Of a stretch of 64,000 bases of DNA, positions 36,671 to 47,279 are shown in pieces. A model generated the notes under the pieces. That model made no database searches. It was not told the origin of the DNA and was given only the letters and a program-made list of their open reading frames with translations. Origin of the DNA: Candidatus Margulisiibacteriota bacterium (GTDB lineage: Bacteria; Margulisbacteria; WOR-1; O2-12-FULL-45-9); NCBI GenBank assembly GCA_034723395.1, contig JAYEOW010000004.1:1-64000 (forward strand). The letters are read 5' to 3'. How positions within the stretch are numbered: the stretch's first letter is position 1; each line of letters begins with the position of its first letter. Both the position numbers and the translations under genes were made by a program.

Positions 36671-37491
36671 TGAAGGAAGACACCGCGGACAAAAATGGTA
36701 ACCGCTTTAATATAAAACGCTCCAGGGATAAACAATATCTGCGAAAGGATAAGGGTTCCGATAACTCTTCCCATTACTATATAGTAAACCACTGTACGAA
36801 CATCTTTCTCCGGCCGCTCCCCCTTTGATGCCTGGTCGGTTATATGCGCAGCGATTGGATCGACCATCAAAGTAAACAGAATTGTCGCTATCCCGTTAAC
36901 AATACCCGAAAGCTGGGTTGCTGTAACCCGGTAAGCGGGGATCAGCGCACCTGCCATAAGAGAACAGAGAACTCCGATCGCGTAGATCGAGACCATAAAC
37001 AGGTTTAGCCAGAGAAATGTTTTTGGGATCCCTTTTAATGATAATCCCCGGAATGATTCACGGGTAGGCAGCTTAAAACCTTTAGCAATCGAAACGATTG
37101 TTCTTGGCCTTAATCCATAACCGATCAAGCGAGGAACCGAATGGATTTCGTTAAATTTTTTAATGGCCCGCGTAAAAACCGAAACTGCAAACGGGGTCAT
37201 GATCGCTCCGACCAGGTTACCGATAAACGCGGCAAAAATTATAAGTCTAAAGTTCCCCCATAAATTAGAAACGGAGTTCTGGAGGATCGAGGTATCAACC
37301 ATTCCCCCTAAGAGGGGCGCTTGCAGCATATTGGACATGCGGGAAATCAGGAGTGAAGCATTTACAAATGAGAGCGAAAGCGCCAACTGTTTAGTTCGAA
37401 CTCCGGTCAATCGCATCGATGACGAGATCGTTTCGGTAAAGTGGATCATACCGGTAAAGAAGCATACGACAATTAACGGATTAATGTACAT
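36667..37491 (-). CDS. amj: Lipid II flippase Amj family (DUF2837)
   Basis: R.AG/TGVRT, SR..N..QAP, LSGIVNGIATIL...DP pattern; about six TM helices. Confidence 0.8.
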   Translation of the reverse strand: MYINPLIVVCFFTGMIHFTETISSSMRLTGVRTKQLALSLSFVNASLLISRMSNMLQAPLLGGMVDTSILQNSVSNLWGNFRLIIFAAFIGNLVGAIMTPFAVSVFTRAIKKFNEIHSVPRLIGYGLRPRTIVSIAKGFKLPTRESFRGLSLKGIPKTFLWLNLFMVSIYAIGVLCSLMAGALIPAYRVTATQLSGIVNGIATILFTLMVDPIAAHITDQASKGERPEKDVRTVVYYIVMGRVIGTLILSQILFIPGAFYIKAVTIFVRGVFLQ

Positions 37492-37494
37492 AGA

Positions 37495-38118
37495 TCAAGA
37501 ATTATATCCTTTTTGACGAATTTTACAACTATCACATACCCCGCAAGGTTTTTTGCCGCCCTTATAACACGACCAGGTGATCTCAAGCGGAGCTTTTAAT
37601 TTTTTTCCCAAACGAATAATTTGAGCTTTGGTCATATCGATCAGCGGGGTTAGAACTTTAATTCTCTTCTTTTTGGTCCCCTTCTCTATAACTTTTTGGA
37701 AGGCTTTATAGAAATCGGGGCGGCAATCGGGGTAGCCGGAAAAATCGATCGCATTCGCGCCAATAAAGACCGCATCCGCGCCGATCGCTTCCGCGTATGA
37801 AAGTGCAAAGCTTAGAAAAATTGTATTTCGAGCAGGAACGTATGTTGAAGGAATCCCTTTCAACTTTTTTCGATTAGGCATCTTCATCTTTTTATCAAGC
37901 AGCGAGGAACCTTTCCAAGGGAGTTTAATTTTTAAGATTTTATATTTTATTTTTGCCTTTTTCGCTACCGTTACCGCACTACGCAACTCTCTCTTATGCC
38001 TTTGTCCATAGTCGAAGATCAAAGCGTGGCATTTATAGCCTTTCTTCTTGGCATAATAAAGAGTAGTTGTAGAATCTAATCCACCGGAGAGTAAAACGAT
38101 TGCTTTTTCTTTTGTCAT
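37495..38118 (-). CDS. queC: 7-cyano-7-deazaguanine synthase
   Basis: SGGLDS, YGQRH, VPARN, YPDCR, SCY...CGVCDSC motifs. Confidence 0.97.
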   Translation of the reverse strand: MTKEKAIVLLSGGLDSTTTLYYAKKKGYKCHALIFDYGQRHKRELRSAVTVAKKAKIKYKILKIKLPWKGSSLLDKKMKMPNRKKLKGIPSTYVPARNTIFLSFALSYAEAIGADAVFIGANAIDFSGYPDCRPDFYKAFQKVIEKGTKKKRIKVLTPLIDMTKAQIIRLGKKLKAPLEITWSCYKGGKKPCGVCDSCKIRQKGYNS

Positions 38119-38229
38119 ATAGTGAAATCTTATCAAATATATAGTAATAAATATATATTTAAACCAAGTTAAGTCCAAATAATCTAACCCCGCTCCATTA
38201 CAACCTGCCAATATGTTATAATTTACGCT

Positions 38230-38748
38230 ATGAGCTGGAAATGGAAAAAAGGCGAACAGCTTTATTACGAAGATGTTTTTCGCAAATTGCAAGAGAAAAA
38301 TGTTCGTTATCTACTCATTGGAGGAATAGCAGTTAATCTCTGGGGGATCGAAAGGGCCACCGGAGATATTGATCTCGCAGTCGCCATGGACTCAAAAAAT
38401 ATACTAAATTTAGTCGAAGCAGTTAAAGAATTGGGATTTATCCCAAAAGTTCCCGTAAAACCGGAAGAACTTGCTGTCCCTGAAAAAAGAAAAGAATGGA
38501 TGGAAGAAAAAAATATGAAGGTATTCTCTTTCCAGCACCCGGATAATCCTTTCGTACTAATCGATATCATGATAGATAACCCCTTTAATTTTGAGGGGAT
38601 GTTTTCCCGCCGCTCCACCATGGAATCTAAAGGGACAAAACTCTCGGTGGTTGCGGTGGATGATTTAATAAAACTAAAGGAAATTGCTGGAAGGGAACAG
38701 GATCTATCTGATATTGAAGCACTAAAGAAGTTTGTAAAAGGTGAATAA
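38230..38748 (+). CDS. Nucleotidyltransferase-fold protein (AbiEii/DUF6036-like)
   Basis: IGGIAV...RATGDID motif; C-terminal K..AGR.QD..DI. Confidence 0.8.
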   Translation: MSWKWKKGEQLYYEDVFRKLQEKNVRYLLIGGIAVNLWGIERATGDIDLAVAMDSKNILNLVEAVKELGFIPKVPVKPEELAVPEKRKEWMEEKNMKVFSFQHPDNPFVLIDIMIDNPFNFEGMFSRRSTMESKGTKLSVVAVDDLIKLKEIAGREQDLSDIEALKKFVKGE

Positions 38749-38926
38749 AATGGAGCAGAAAAAGGGTTTTAGATACACTTATACCAAAGAAAAATATAAA
38801 TCCTACAAAAATATTCCGGTTGCGCAAAAACTAGAGTGGCTGGAAAAAATGAACCGTTTTTTAAATAACTTTATGCCCGCCAAAAGCAAGGAACTGAACC
38901 AGAAACTTCGAGAAGGCAAAATTTAG
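38741..38926 (+). CDS. Small basic hypothetical protein, possible partner of the nucleotidyltransferase
   Basis: Overlaps the upstream stop; 61 aa, helical. Confidence 0.65.
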   Translation: MNKMEQKKGFRYTYTKEKYKSYKNIPVAQKLEWLEKMNRFLNNFMPAKSKELNQKLREGKI

Positions 38927-40200
38927 ACCCGAATAATCTGCCCTCTTTCAGCACCAACCGAAACCAGATAAATCTTCGCATTCGCCAGCTCAGCCAACTT
39001 TTCGAGATACTTTTTTGCGTTCTTCGGCAGCTTTTTGTAGTCTTTGATCTGCGTCGTATCCTCTTTCCAGCCCGGCACTTCGATATAAACCGGTTTGCAT
39101 CGCTCTAACCGATGGATATCGGTAGGAAAATCGGTAATCTCTTTACCATCGATTTCATAAGCGACGCAGATCTTGATAACATCTAGATCATCTTGAACAT
39201 CTAACTTGGTAAAAGCGATATCCGAAATACCGTTCATCCTCGAAGCATGTTTCATTACTACACCATCGAACCAGCCACAACGCCTTGGACGGCCGGTGGT
39301 AGCCCCATACTCCCCGCCCTTTTCACGCAGGTCATCCCCGATTTTTCCCTCGATCTCCGTAGGAAAAGGACCGCTGCCCACACGCGTAACATAAGTCTTT
39401 ACCACTCCGATAACCCGGTCAACCTTCATCGGACCAATCCCGGCGCCAACACAGGCACCACCGGAAATCGGGTTCGATGAAGTAACAAACGGATAGGTCC
39501 CCTGGTCGACATCAAGCATCGTCCCCTGAGCGCCCTCTAGCAGAATGTTTTTATTTCTCTCGATCGCTTCGTTGGCCAGAACGGTCGATTCATCAACTAC
39601 ATGCCGTTTGATCGCGTGCGCATAGCCGAGATAATCGTCCCGGATCTTTTCGATATCGATCTTCTTGTCAAACTTATAAAAATTATCTAGCAGGAAAGAT
39701 TTTTCCTCCACGTTCCATTTCAATTTCTCATCAAAAACCTTTTCATTGTAGAGATCACCGATCCGGATCCCCCGTCGGTTATATTTATCGACATAACAGG
39801 GACCGATCCCGCGCGAAGTAGTGCCAATCCTTCCCGCCTCTCTCTTTTTCTCCTGCGCCTGGTCCAGATATCTGTGATACGGAAAAATAACATGGGCCTG
39901 TGAAGATATACGAAGATTGTCAACCGCAAATCCCTGGCTTTTTAAGGTTTCGACCTCCTGGATCAAAACCGCGGGATCAACCACAACTCCGTTGCCAATA
40001 ACACATAAAACATTATTGTAAAAAATCCCGGACGGGATCAGGTGGAGCTTAAAGGTCGCATCTTTGATCACTACCGTATGGCCGGCGTTATTGCCCCCTT
40101 GGTAGCGGACCACCATATCCATATCACGCGATAAAAGATCGGTGATTTTCCCCTTCCCTTCATCCCCCCACTGCGTCCCGACAATAACTGATACACTCAT
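38923..40200 (-). CDS. purA: Adenylosuccinate synthetase
   Basis: QWGDEGKG, GGNNAGHT, EGAQG, GATTGRPRR motifs. Confidence 0.98.
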   Translation of the reverse strand: MSVSVIVGTQWGDEGKGKITDLLSRDMDMVVRYQGGNNAGHTVVIKDATFKLHLIPSGIFYNNVLCVIGNGVVVDPAVLIQEVETLKSQGFAVDNLRISSQAHVIFPYHRYLDQAQEKKREAGRIGTTSRGIGPCYVDKYNRRGIRIGDLYNEKVFDEKLKWNVEEKSFLLDNFYKFDKKIDIEKIRDDYLGYAHAIKRHVVDESTVLANEAIERNKNILLEGAQGTMLDVDQGTYPFVTSSNPISGGACVGAGIGPMKVDRVIGVVKTYVTRVGSGPFPTEIEGKIGDDLREKGGEYGATTGRPRRCGWFDGVVMKHASRMNGISDIAFTKLDVQDDLDVIKICVAYEIDGKEITDFPTDIHRLERCKPVYIEVPGWKEDTTQIKDYKKLPKNAKKYLEKLAELANAKIYLVSVGAERGQIIRV

Positions 40201-40242
40201 TTAAATAATCGCTCCTTGTCTTTTGTCTTTTATTTTCAACAA

Positions 40243-40413
40243 AAGCCCTACCATGCCGTGTGAAAGGTATGCCTGTGAACCCAAAACCTTAACGGTGGGT
40301 CCCTTACGGGTTTTGACTCTCAGGTCCGGGGGCTGCCCAGACACAATTAAAGTCCCCTCAATAATAACTTGGGTAAAGACATATAATCCTACATCACGTA
40401 CACAGTAGGGTTA
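40243..40413 (-). ncRNA. ssrS: 6S RNA
   Basis: About 170 nt; closing stem CCCTACTGTG/CATGGTAGGG, inner stem ACCCAA/TTGGGT, GGGACCCACC motif; TTGAAT-17-TAAACT promoter upstream. Confidence 0.8.
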
Positions 40414-40498
40414 AATTTCCAAAGATAGTTTACCATATATCGATCAAAATTCAAATATATAGTTGACATTCAAAAGCTAATATTCCAGAATACCAGTT

Positions 40499-41701
40499 AT
40501 GCAGAAAGGTATTACCTTCGCTTTGCTATTACTTGCCGCCCTGTTCGTTTTTAGCTGCGGTGACGCGAGCATAAATCCAACCACCACAACAACTTCAACA
40601 ACTACTTCAACCGGCGGAGGATCTACCAGCACCACATCCGGAACATCTTCTACCACGACCACGGTTACTTTTAGTACGACAACCAGTACGGTTTATATTT
40701 ACGGGGATAAATTTTATCTTAAAAATATCGCCTATGCCGGATCAGCCATCGGGAACACCTATTCATCACTCGCGGTCGACCGGATAACCAAAACCGTTCA
40801 TCTGGCCTATTACCAGAGGGACGATGAAGACCTTAATCATATCTACGGGAAATTAACTTCCTGGAGCTGGGAAAATATCGATTACAATAAAGATGTGGGA
40901 CAATTTACTTCGATGGTCATGGATACTAACCAGAAAATGCATGTTAGCTACTACGCCCCGCGAGACAGCGCTCTTTATTACGCTTACGGCGAAACTGGAT
41001 CATGGACGATCACTCCGGTCGATGACCCATTAACCGGGGAAGATGTCGGGTATTATACTTCGGCCGCGGTCGATAGCAATAACAAAACGCATATCAGCTA
41101 TTACGACTGGGATAACCAGAACTTAAAGTATACTACCAACGCCTCCGGGGCATGGATATTGTTGATCATTGATTCGATCGGGAATGTCGGGAAATATACC
41201 TCGATCGCCATTGATAATAATGATCGTATCCATATCAGCTATTATGACCAATCAAATTCCAACTTAAAATATGCTACCAATAAGAGCGGGGGCTGGCAAA
41301 CCGAGATTGTCGATACCTCATCCGGGCAGTACTCATCGATCGCGGTCGACAGCAACGATGAGGTACACATCGCTTATTACCAGGAAGCAAACGACGATCT
41401 AAAATATGCCCTTGGGACATCGGGGAGCTGGGTCAAGGAGATCATCGACAGCACTTTGGATGTTGGCCAGTTCGCAAGCATCGCTTTGGACAGCAATAAT
41501 AAACCGCACATTAGTTACTACGACAAGGATAATACCGCGCTAAAATACGCGACTCAAATATCGGGATCATGGAATGCGTCTACGCTGGATAACTCTACGG
41601 ATGTCGGCCAGGACACTTCGATCGTGATCGATCCGGACGACAACATCCATATCTCTTATTACGACGTGACCAATAACCTCATCAAATACGCTGTTAAATA
41701 G
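40499..41701 (+). CDS. Lipoprotein with Thr/Ser linker and beta-propeller-like repeats
   Basis: Lipobox VFSC; about seven repeats of G.YTSIA.DSN...HISYYD..N..LKYA. Confidence 0.8.
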   Translation: MQKGITFALLLLAALFVFSCGDASINPTTTTTSTTTSTGGGSTSTTSGTSSTTTTVTFSTTTSTVYIYGDKFYLKNIAYAGSAIGNTYSSLAVDRITKTVHLAYYQRDDEDLNHIYGKLTSWSWENIDYNKDVGQFTSMVMDTNQKMHVSYYAPRDSALYYAYGETGSWTITPVDDPLTGEDVGYYTSAAVDSNNKTHISYYDWDNQNLKYTTNASGAWILLIIDSIGNVGKYTSIAIDNNDRIHISYYDQSNSNLKYATNKSGGWQTEIVDTSSGQYSSIAVDSNDEVHIAYYQEANDDLKYALGTSGSWVKEIIDSTLDVGQFASIALDSNNKPHISYYDKDNTALKYATQISGSWNASTLDNSTDVGQDTSIVIDPDDNIHISYYDVTNNLIKYAVK

Positions 41702-43487
41702 ATTTAATGTGAAGTTCTTTTAGCTGTTTTGGATCTACCACATCCGGCGCCCCGGTCAGCGGACAGAAAGCGGATTGAGTTTTGGGGAAGGCGATAACAT
41801 CGCGGATCGAATCCATCCCGGCTAAAAGCATCACTAAACGATCAAGTCCTAGAGCGATCCCTCCGTGCGGAGGAGCCCCATATTCGAGCGCTTCAAGAAG
41901 AAAACCAAATCTTCGTTTGGCTTCGTCTTCGGGAAAACCTAATATTTTAAATATCTTCTTCTGAACGTCCATCCGGTGGATACGGACCGACCCCCCCCCA
42001 ATCTCCGATCCATTGAGAACAAAATCATAAGCCTGCGCCTTGATCTTGCTCGGCTCTTTTATAAACCGCTCTTCGATATCATCCAGGCTTCCGTGCGGAG
42101 CGGTAAAAGGATGGTGATGAGAAGACCATCTTTTTTCGGTCTCGCCGTATTCAAAAAGCGGAAAATCGGTTACCCAGAGAAAATTAAAACTTTTTTTATC
42201 GATCAACTCCATCTTTTTACCTAATTCCAGGCGGATCTGCCCAAGGACCTGGTTAGTAAGTTTTGGTTTATCGGCCATAAAGAAAAGGACATCTCCAGTC
42301 TCCCCTTTCATATGATCGACGATCGCATTCATCTCTTCGATCTTAAAAAATTTAACGATCGGCGATTTCATTCCGCTTGGGGTGATCGCCACCCAGGCTA
42401 AACCTTTTGCGCCTAACTTTTTCGCCATCGCTTCAAAATTATCCAATTCTGCGCGTGAAAACTTAGCTCCTCCCTTTACCGTTAATCCTTTAACGATCCC
42501 GCCTTTCGCCACTGTATCCCTAAAAACCTTAAACTCAACATTTTTAACGATATCAGTAAGTTCGACCATTTTAAGCTCAAACCTGGTATCCGGCTTGTCG
42601 GTCCCATACATCCGCATTGCATCTTCCCAGGTCAATCTCGGAAACGGCGGTTTTACTTTTGGGACCGTGATCCCGCGATACATATCAATATCTTTCTCCA
42701 GCACCGCCATAACCTCCACCATCACCTTTTCGATCGTATCCATAATAATCTGTTCGGTACAAAAAGACATTTCAATATCAACTTGAGTAAATTCCGGCTG
42801 GCGGTCGGCCCGCAGGTCTTCGTCACGAAAACAGCGGACAATCTGGTAATATCTTTCCATCCCCGCCACCATCAAGAGCTGTTTGAATAATTGGGGTGAC
42901 TGCGGGAGCGCATAAAACTTTCCCGCGTTTACACGGCTTGGGACCAGGAAATCTCTCGCCCCTTCGGGAGTAGATTTAGTTAAGAATGGGGTTTCGATCT
43001 CCAAGAATCCCTCTTTATCCAGGCAATCTGACATCGCTTTGGCAATTTTATGGCGGAAGATCAGGTTCTCTCTCATCTTATCTTTGCGCAGGTCTATATA
43101 ACGGTATTTTAAACGGATATTTTCATCCGGTTCGGTGCGGGCGTCGGCCACTTCGATCGGCGGAGTTTTTGCGGTATTTAATATATCAAGTTCAGAGACC
43201 GCGATCTCGATCTCGCCGGTTGGAATATTCTTGTTTACCGTCTCTGGAGAACGGGCAAGCACCTGACCTTTTATGCTGATCACAAATTCGGGACGAAGTT
43301 TCTCGGCAAGTTGATGAAGTTTACTGTTTACCTGGCCGAATACTACCTGGACAATCCCGGAACGGTCGCGAAGGTCGACAAAAATAAGCCCGCCATGGTC
43401 GCGGCGGCGGTGGACCCAGCCAGCGAGGGTTACTTCGGAATCAATATCCTTTGATCTTAACTCTCCGCAATTTCTGGATCTGAACAC
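41694..43487 (-). CDS. aspS: Aspartate--tRNA ligase (probably the non-discriminating type)
   Basis: [40 protein letters not shown] motifs; GTG start. Confidence 0.98.
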   Translation of the reverse strand: MFRSRNCGELRSKDIDSEVTLAGWVHRRRDHGGLIFVDLRDRSGIVQVVFGQVNSKLHQLAEKLRPEFVISIKGQVLARSPETVNKNIPTGEIEIAVSELDILNTAKTPPIEVADARTEPDENIRLKYRYIDLRKDKMRENLIFRHKIAKAMSDCLDKEGFLEIETPFLTKSTPEGARDFLVPSRVNAGKFYALPQSPQLFKQLLMVAGMERYYQIVRCFRDEDLRADRQPEFTQVDIEMSFCTEQIIMDTIEKVMVEVMAVLEKDIDMYRGITVPKVKPPFPRLTWEDAMRMYGTDKPDTRFELKMVELTDIVKNVEFKVFRDTVAKGGIVKGLTVKGGAKFSRAELDNFEAMAKKLGAKGLAWVAITPSGMKSPIVKFFKIEEMNAIVDHMKGETGDVLFFMADKPKLTNQVLGQIRLELGKKMELIDKKSFNFLWVTDFPLFEYGETEKRWSSHHHPFTAPHGSLDDIEERFIKEPSKIKAQAYDFVLNGSEIGGGSVRIHRMDVQKKIFKILGFPEDEAKRRFGFLLEALEYGAPPHGGIALGLDRLVMLLAGMDSIRDVIAFPKTQSAFCPLTGAPDVVDPKQLKELHIKSI

Positions 43488-43642
43488 GAATCTACTTCCT
43501 TCTTCTGGTCAATAGTGATAAAAATCTCTTCGGTAGAATAAACGCTCATCCCTTTACAGCGAGGGCATTTAATTTCGACTTTACACATTCCTTCTATCCT
43601 GGCTAATAATCTATTACAATTTTGGCATCTAAAATCTTTCAT
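43457..43642 (-). CDS. Mu Com-like zinc-ribbon protein
   Basis: [11 protein letters not shown]...[12 protein letters not shown] overlap with the hisS stop. Confidence 0.78.
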   Translation of the reverse strand: MKDFRCQNCNRLLARIEGMCKVEIKCPRCKGMSVYSTEEIFITIDQKKEVDSCSDPEIAES

Positions 43643-44889
43643 TTTATTTCCTCCGTGAGAGCCTTAAATGGGACCTCTTTCTGCTCTCCCTTCTCCATCT
43701 CCTTAAGTATAGCAGATTTTTTATTAATTTCATCCTCTCCGATAATATAAACATAGCTTGCTCCAATCCGGTCGGCAATCCTCATCTGCGCCTTGAGGGA
43801 TTTGCCAAGATAATCCATATCAGCAGAGATCCCCTTCGCCCTTAGTTTTGATAGAAGATCAAAACCAACCTTTTTCGCTTCATCACCGAGTGTAGCTATA
43901 TATAATGAAATACATTGTTGGGATTTGGTCATTGGGATTTGGGATTTCATCACTTCAATTACCCGCTCAATCCCGATAGCAAACCCAACCGCTGGCGTCG
44001 GTTTTCCGCCAAATTCTTGAACTAATGTATCATAACGGCCGCCACCCGAAACCGCATTCTGCGCTCCAAGCTTAGAAGAAACTATCTCAAAAGTGGTTTT
44101 CGTGTAATAGTCCAATCCGCGAACTAACCGATTGTTTACTTTATACCGAATCACTCCATCACTTAATAACTTGATCACTTCCTGAAACTGCTCCCCGCAC
44201 TCTTCGCACAAGTAATCGACCGTCGCCGGCGCTTTTTCGATATATTTTTGGCACCCTTTTTCCTTACAGTCCAAAATCCTGAGCGGATTTTTCTTAAACC
44301 GATCCCTACAGTCACTACACATGCCTTTAACTTTATCTTTAAAGTACGCTTTCATAGCTTTTCGGAAGGCAGGTTGGCACTCTTTACAGCCGACCGAATT
44401 AATATCTACTTCGAGATTGTTTAATCCAAGTGTCTCAAAGATCTGCATGTTTAAAAGGATAACTTCGACATCAATTTTCGGATCGGCCGACCCGAAAACT
44501 TCTACTCCTGCTTGATGAAACTGGCGTTGTCTACCTTTTTGGGGACGTTCGTAGCGGAACATCGGGCCAATATAAAATAATTTGGTTAATTGTTCTGGCC
44601 GGATAAGATTGTTTTCGAGACAAGCGCGAACTACTGAAGCGGTCTCTTCGGGGCGCAAGGTTAAACTTCTCCCCTTCCGGTCTTTAAATTCGTACATCTC
44701 TTTTTTGACAATATCGGTAGTATCCCCGATCGAACGGGAAAAAAGTTCAGTTTTTTCAAAAATAGGAGTGCGGATTTCCTGGTAATTGTACAGAGAAAAG
44801 ACTTTTCGACAGCTATTTTCTAAATGCTGCCATAAAGGCGCCTCGTTAGGAAGAATATCTTTGGTCCCACGGGGGGCTGCATACTTCAT
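43639..44889 (-). CDS. hisS: Histidine--tRNA ligase
   Basis: RGTKD, LRPEET, FRYERPQKGRQRQF, VRGLDYY, GGRYD motifs. Confidence 0.98.
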   Translation of the reverse strand: MKYAAPRGTKDILPNEAPLWQHLENSCRKVFSLYNYQEIRTPIFEKTELFSRSIGDTTDIVKKEMYEFKDRKGRSLTLRPEETASVVRACLENNLIRPEQLTKLFYIGPMFRYERPQKGRQRQFHQAGVEVFGSADPKIDVEVILLNMQIFETLGLNNLEVDINSVGCKECQPAFRKAMKAYFKDKVKGMCSDCRDRFKKNPLRILDCKEKGCQKYIEKAPATVDYLCEECGEQFQEVIKLLSDGVIRYKVNNRLVRGLDYYTKTTFEIVSSKLGAQNAVSGGGRYDTLVQEFGGKPTPAVGFAIGIERVIEVMKSQIPMTKSQQCISLYIATLGDEAKKVGFDLLSKLRAKGISADMDYLGKSLKAQMRIADRIGASYVYIIGEDEINKKSAILKEMEKGEQKEVPFKALTEEIK

Positions 44890-45218
44890 TTCGGGGAAAA
44901 TTATATCATTTAACTATTTGAAAAGATAGCCACCCCGACAGCTTCAAGCCAGGGAATCGCTTTTTCAATGATCTGGGCCGCCCCAAACGGTTATATTTTA
45001 AAATATCTTCCAAAAATCCCCGTCCCAAAAATACCTTTTCCCCATTTTTAACGATAAAGAGGAATTTACCAAACAGCTTCCAGCCAAAAAAGACAATATT
45101 ACGCAAGAACCTTCTCGCCTTCCAGATCCAAAGCTTTAAAATCCTCTCAACATATCGTATTTTCAAGGCAAAAACTTGCGCTTGCTCCCCCACTTTCAAG
45201 AGGGTATAATCAAAAAAG

Positions 45219-45587
45219 ATGCACAATTTACTCTTTTGGATTATCGTTTACACTCTGATCCTGGCCTACAGCCAGGTACTCTTAAAGATTGGCGTTTCAC
45301 ATATCGGAGGGATCGGGTTTGACCATCCTGTCCAATTTTTCTTATCGATCTTCAGTAATGTTTATATAATATCCGGCACCATATTAATGGCCTCTTCCTA
45401 TTTCCTCTGGCTGGCAATCTTATCCTGGTTCAAGCTCAGCGTCGCATTCCCCCTGACGGCGATCGGCTTTATTTTTGTCGCGGTCCTCTCCTATTTTATC
45501 CTTAACGAGAAATTGCTTTTTATCAATTACGTCGGCATCCTGTTTATCGCGCTGGGGATATTCCTGCTGCTTTATAAATCTGTCTAA
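45219..45587 (+). CDS. EamA/SMR-like four-helix membrane protein (ArnE/F-like)
   Basis: Four TM helices; LSVAFP and LNEK pattern. Confidence 0.75.
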   Translation: MHNLLFWIIVYTLILAYSQVLLKIGVSHIGGIGFDHPVQFFLSIFSNVYIISGTILMASSYFLWLAILSWFKLSVAFPLTAIGFIFVAVLSYFILNEKLLFINYVGILFIALGIFLLLYKSV

Positions 45588-45597
45588 GGAGAAAAAC

Positions 45598-47274
45598 ATG
45601 AAAAAGATGGTTTATCTTTTACTTATTATTTCTATGCTTTATATCATCCCCGCTAGTGCCTGCACTACAACTATTGTCGGGAAAGATGCCACGACTGATG
45701 GGTCGGTTATCGTCTCCCACTCGGATGACGATGAATTGGGCGACCAGAGAATAGTCTACGTCCCGGCAAAAGACCACCCTCCAGGATCAATGCGGCCGGT
45801 CTACTATGATATAGTTTCGTTCGGGAATACCACAAACCGCTATGTCGGCGCCAGCCGCGGCCCGGCGTATCTAAATCCGGATCTTCCCCAATCAAAGCCG
45901 ATCGGATATATACCACAAGTATCGCATACTTATGCTTATTTCGACGGAAATTACGGGATCATGAACGAGCATCAGTTGATGTTTGGCGAATGCACTAACG
46001 GCGCCAAGATAGAACTGAAGCCAAAAAAAGGTGAGAGAATTTTTTACAGCGCCGGGCTCTCCCGGGTCGCGCTCGAAAGATGCAGGACCGCCCGTAAAGC
46101 GGTAGCGCTCATGGGAAAATTGATCGATAAATATGGATATTATGGCACCGGCGAAACCCTTTTAGTCGGCGACACGCAGGAAGCATGGGTTTTTGAAATG
46201 TGCTGTTCACCAGACGGCAAAGGAGGGTTCTGGGTCGCAAAAAAGGTTCCCGATAATGAGATGTTTGCCGCAGCTAACGAATTCAGGATCCGCGAAATTA
46301 CCCCGGATATGCTCCATACTGAAAAACTTTTTGAAAAAACTAAAAAAGCGGGCTGGTGGGATGGAAAAGAACCGTTCGACTGGCTGCGTGTCGTTAGCCG
46401 TGGTGAATATAACCATCCCTATTATAGCTTAAGAAGGGTCTGGAGCATTTTTAGAAGAGCAAAACCTTCTGCAAAGTTCAGCCCCTGGGTAAAAGATGGT
46501 TTTACAAAAGCCTACCCTTTCTCAATTAAGCCGGACAAAAAGCTTTCCGTTCGGGATGTAATGGCATTCCACCGCGATCATTACAATGGGACCGAATTCG
46601 ATATGACCAAAGGTCTCGCTGCCGGCCCTTTTGGAAGTCCCGATCGTTATATCGGAAAATACGACCTGACGGATTTCCCAAAAGCCAAACTATGGGGAGC
46701 ATGGGAGAGACCGATCACCGTCTTTTACGCCGGCTACTCATATATCAACCAGGCCAGGGGATGGCTCCCCGATCCAATCGGGGGAATCAGCTGGTTCGGA
46801 CCGGATAAGCCGTATGAAACCTGCTATATTCCTTTCTACGCCGGGGTAAATGATCTGCCAAGGTCATATCAGACTGGAAGCACAAAAAAATATGACCGCA
46901 AAACCGCCTGGTGGGCATTTAATTTTGTTAATAATTGGGCCAACCTTAAATACAGTTATATGATCAAAGATATCCGTACGAAACAAAAAGAGCTGGAAGA
47001 TAAAGAATTTAATAATCAGCCGACGATCGAAAAGAAAGCACTTACCCTTTATGAAAAAGACCCGAAACTTACCCGCGCCTATTTAACAAAATATTCGATC
47101 GATAACGCGGATGAGGTTGTTGGCCAATGGTGGCTGCTGGCAAATCACCTTATCGAAAAATATAGTGATGGCTATGTAAATAAACCTGAAGTCGGAAGAG
47201 AGATTGGCTACCCCGGCAAGTGGCTGCAAAAGGTCGGTTACGATAAAGGGCCAAGCACTTACGAAAAGAGGTAA
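45598..47274 (+). CDS. C69-family dipeptidase, secreted
   Basis: Signal peptide then CTTTIVGKDATTDGS (N-terminal nucleophile Cys), MNEHQL; AAGGAG SD. Confidence 0.9.
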   Translation: MKKMVYLLLIISMLYIIPASACTTTIVGKDATTDGSVIVSHSDDDELGDQRIVYVPAKDHPPGSMRPVYYDIVSFGNTTNRYVGASRGPAYLNPDLPQSKPIGYIPQVSHTYAYFDGNYGIMNEHQLMFGECTNGAKIELKPKKGERIFYSAGLSRVALERCRTARKAVALMGKLIDKYGYYGTGETLLVGDTQEAWVFEMCCSPDGKGGFWVAKKVPDNEMFAAANEFRIREITPDMLHTEKLFEKTKKAGWWDGKEPFDWLRVVSRGEYNHPYYSLRRVWSIFRRAKPSAKFSPWVKDGFTKAYPFSIKPDKKLSVRDVMAFHRDHYNGTEFDMTKGLAAGPFGSPDRYIGKYDLTDFPKAKLWGAWERPITVFYAGYSYINQARGWLPDPIGGISWFGPDKPYETCYIPFYAGVNDLPRSYQTGSTKKYDRKTAWWAFNFVNNWANLKYSYMIKDIRTKQKELEDKEFNNQPTIEKKALTLYEKDPKLTRAYLTKYSIDNADEVVGQWWLLANHLIEKYSDGYVNKPEVGREIGYPGKWLQKVGYDKGPSTYEKR

Positions 47275-47279
47275 TTAGG

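Noticed and set aside
38119..38292. queC 5' extension, or a preQ1 riboswitch
   Set aside because: The extension overlaps a divergent gene; no preQ1 aptamer pattern is seen, and a -10-like box lies 8 nt before ATG 38118.
40570..41700. Repetitive DNA as a CRISPR array or ncRNA array
   Set aside because: The repeats are protein-level (Thr/Ser linker and propeller blades) with degenerate codons; no repeat-spacer array is seen anywhere in the window.
44906..45226. 106-aa minus-strand ORF as a real gene
   Set aside because: Its start overlaps the divergent gene and promoter, it has no SD, and it has no recognisable motif.
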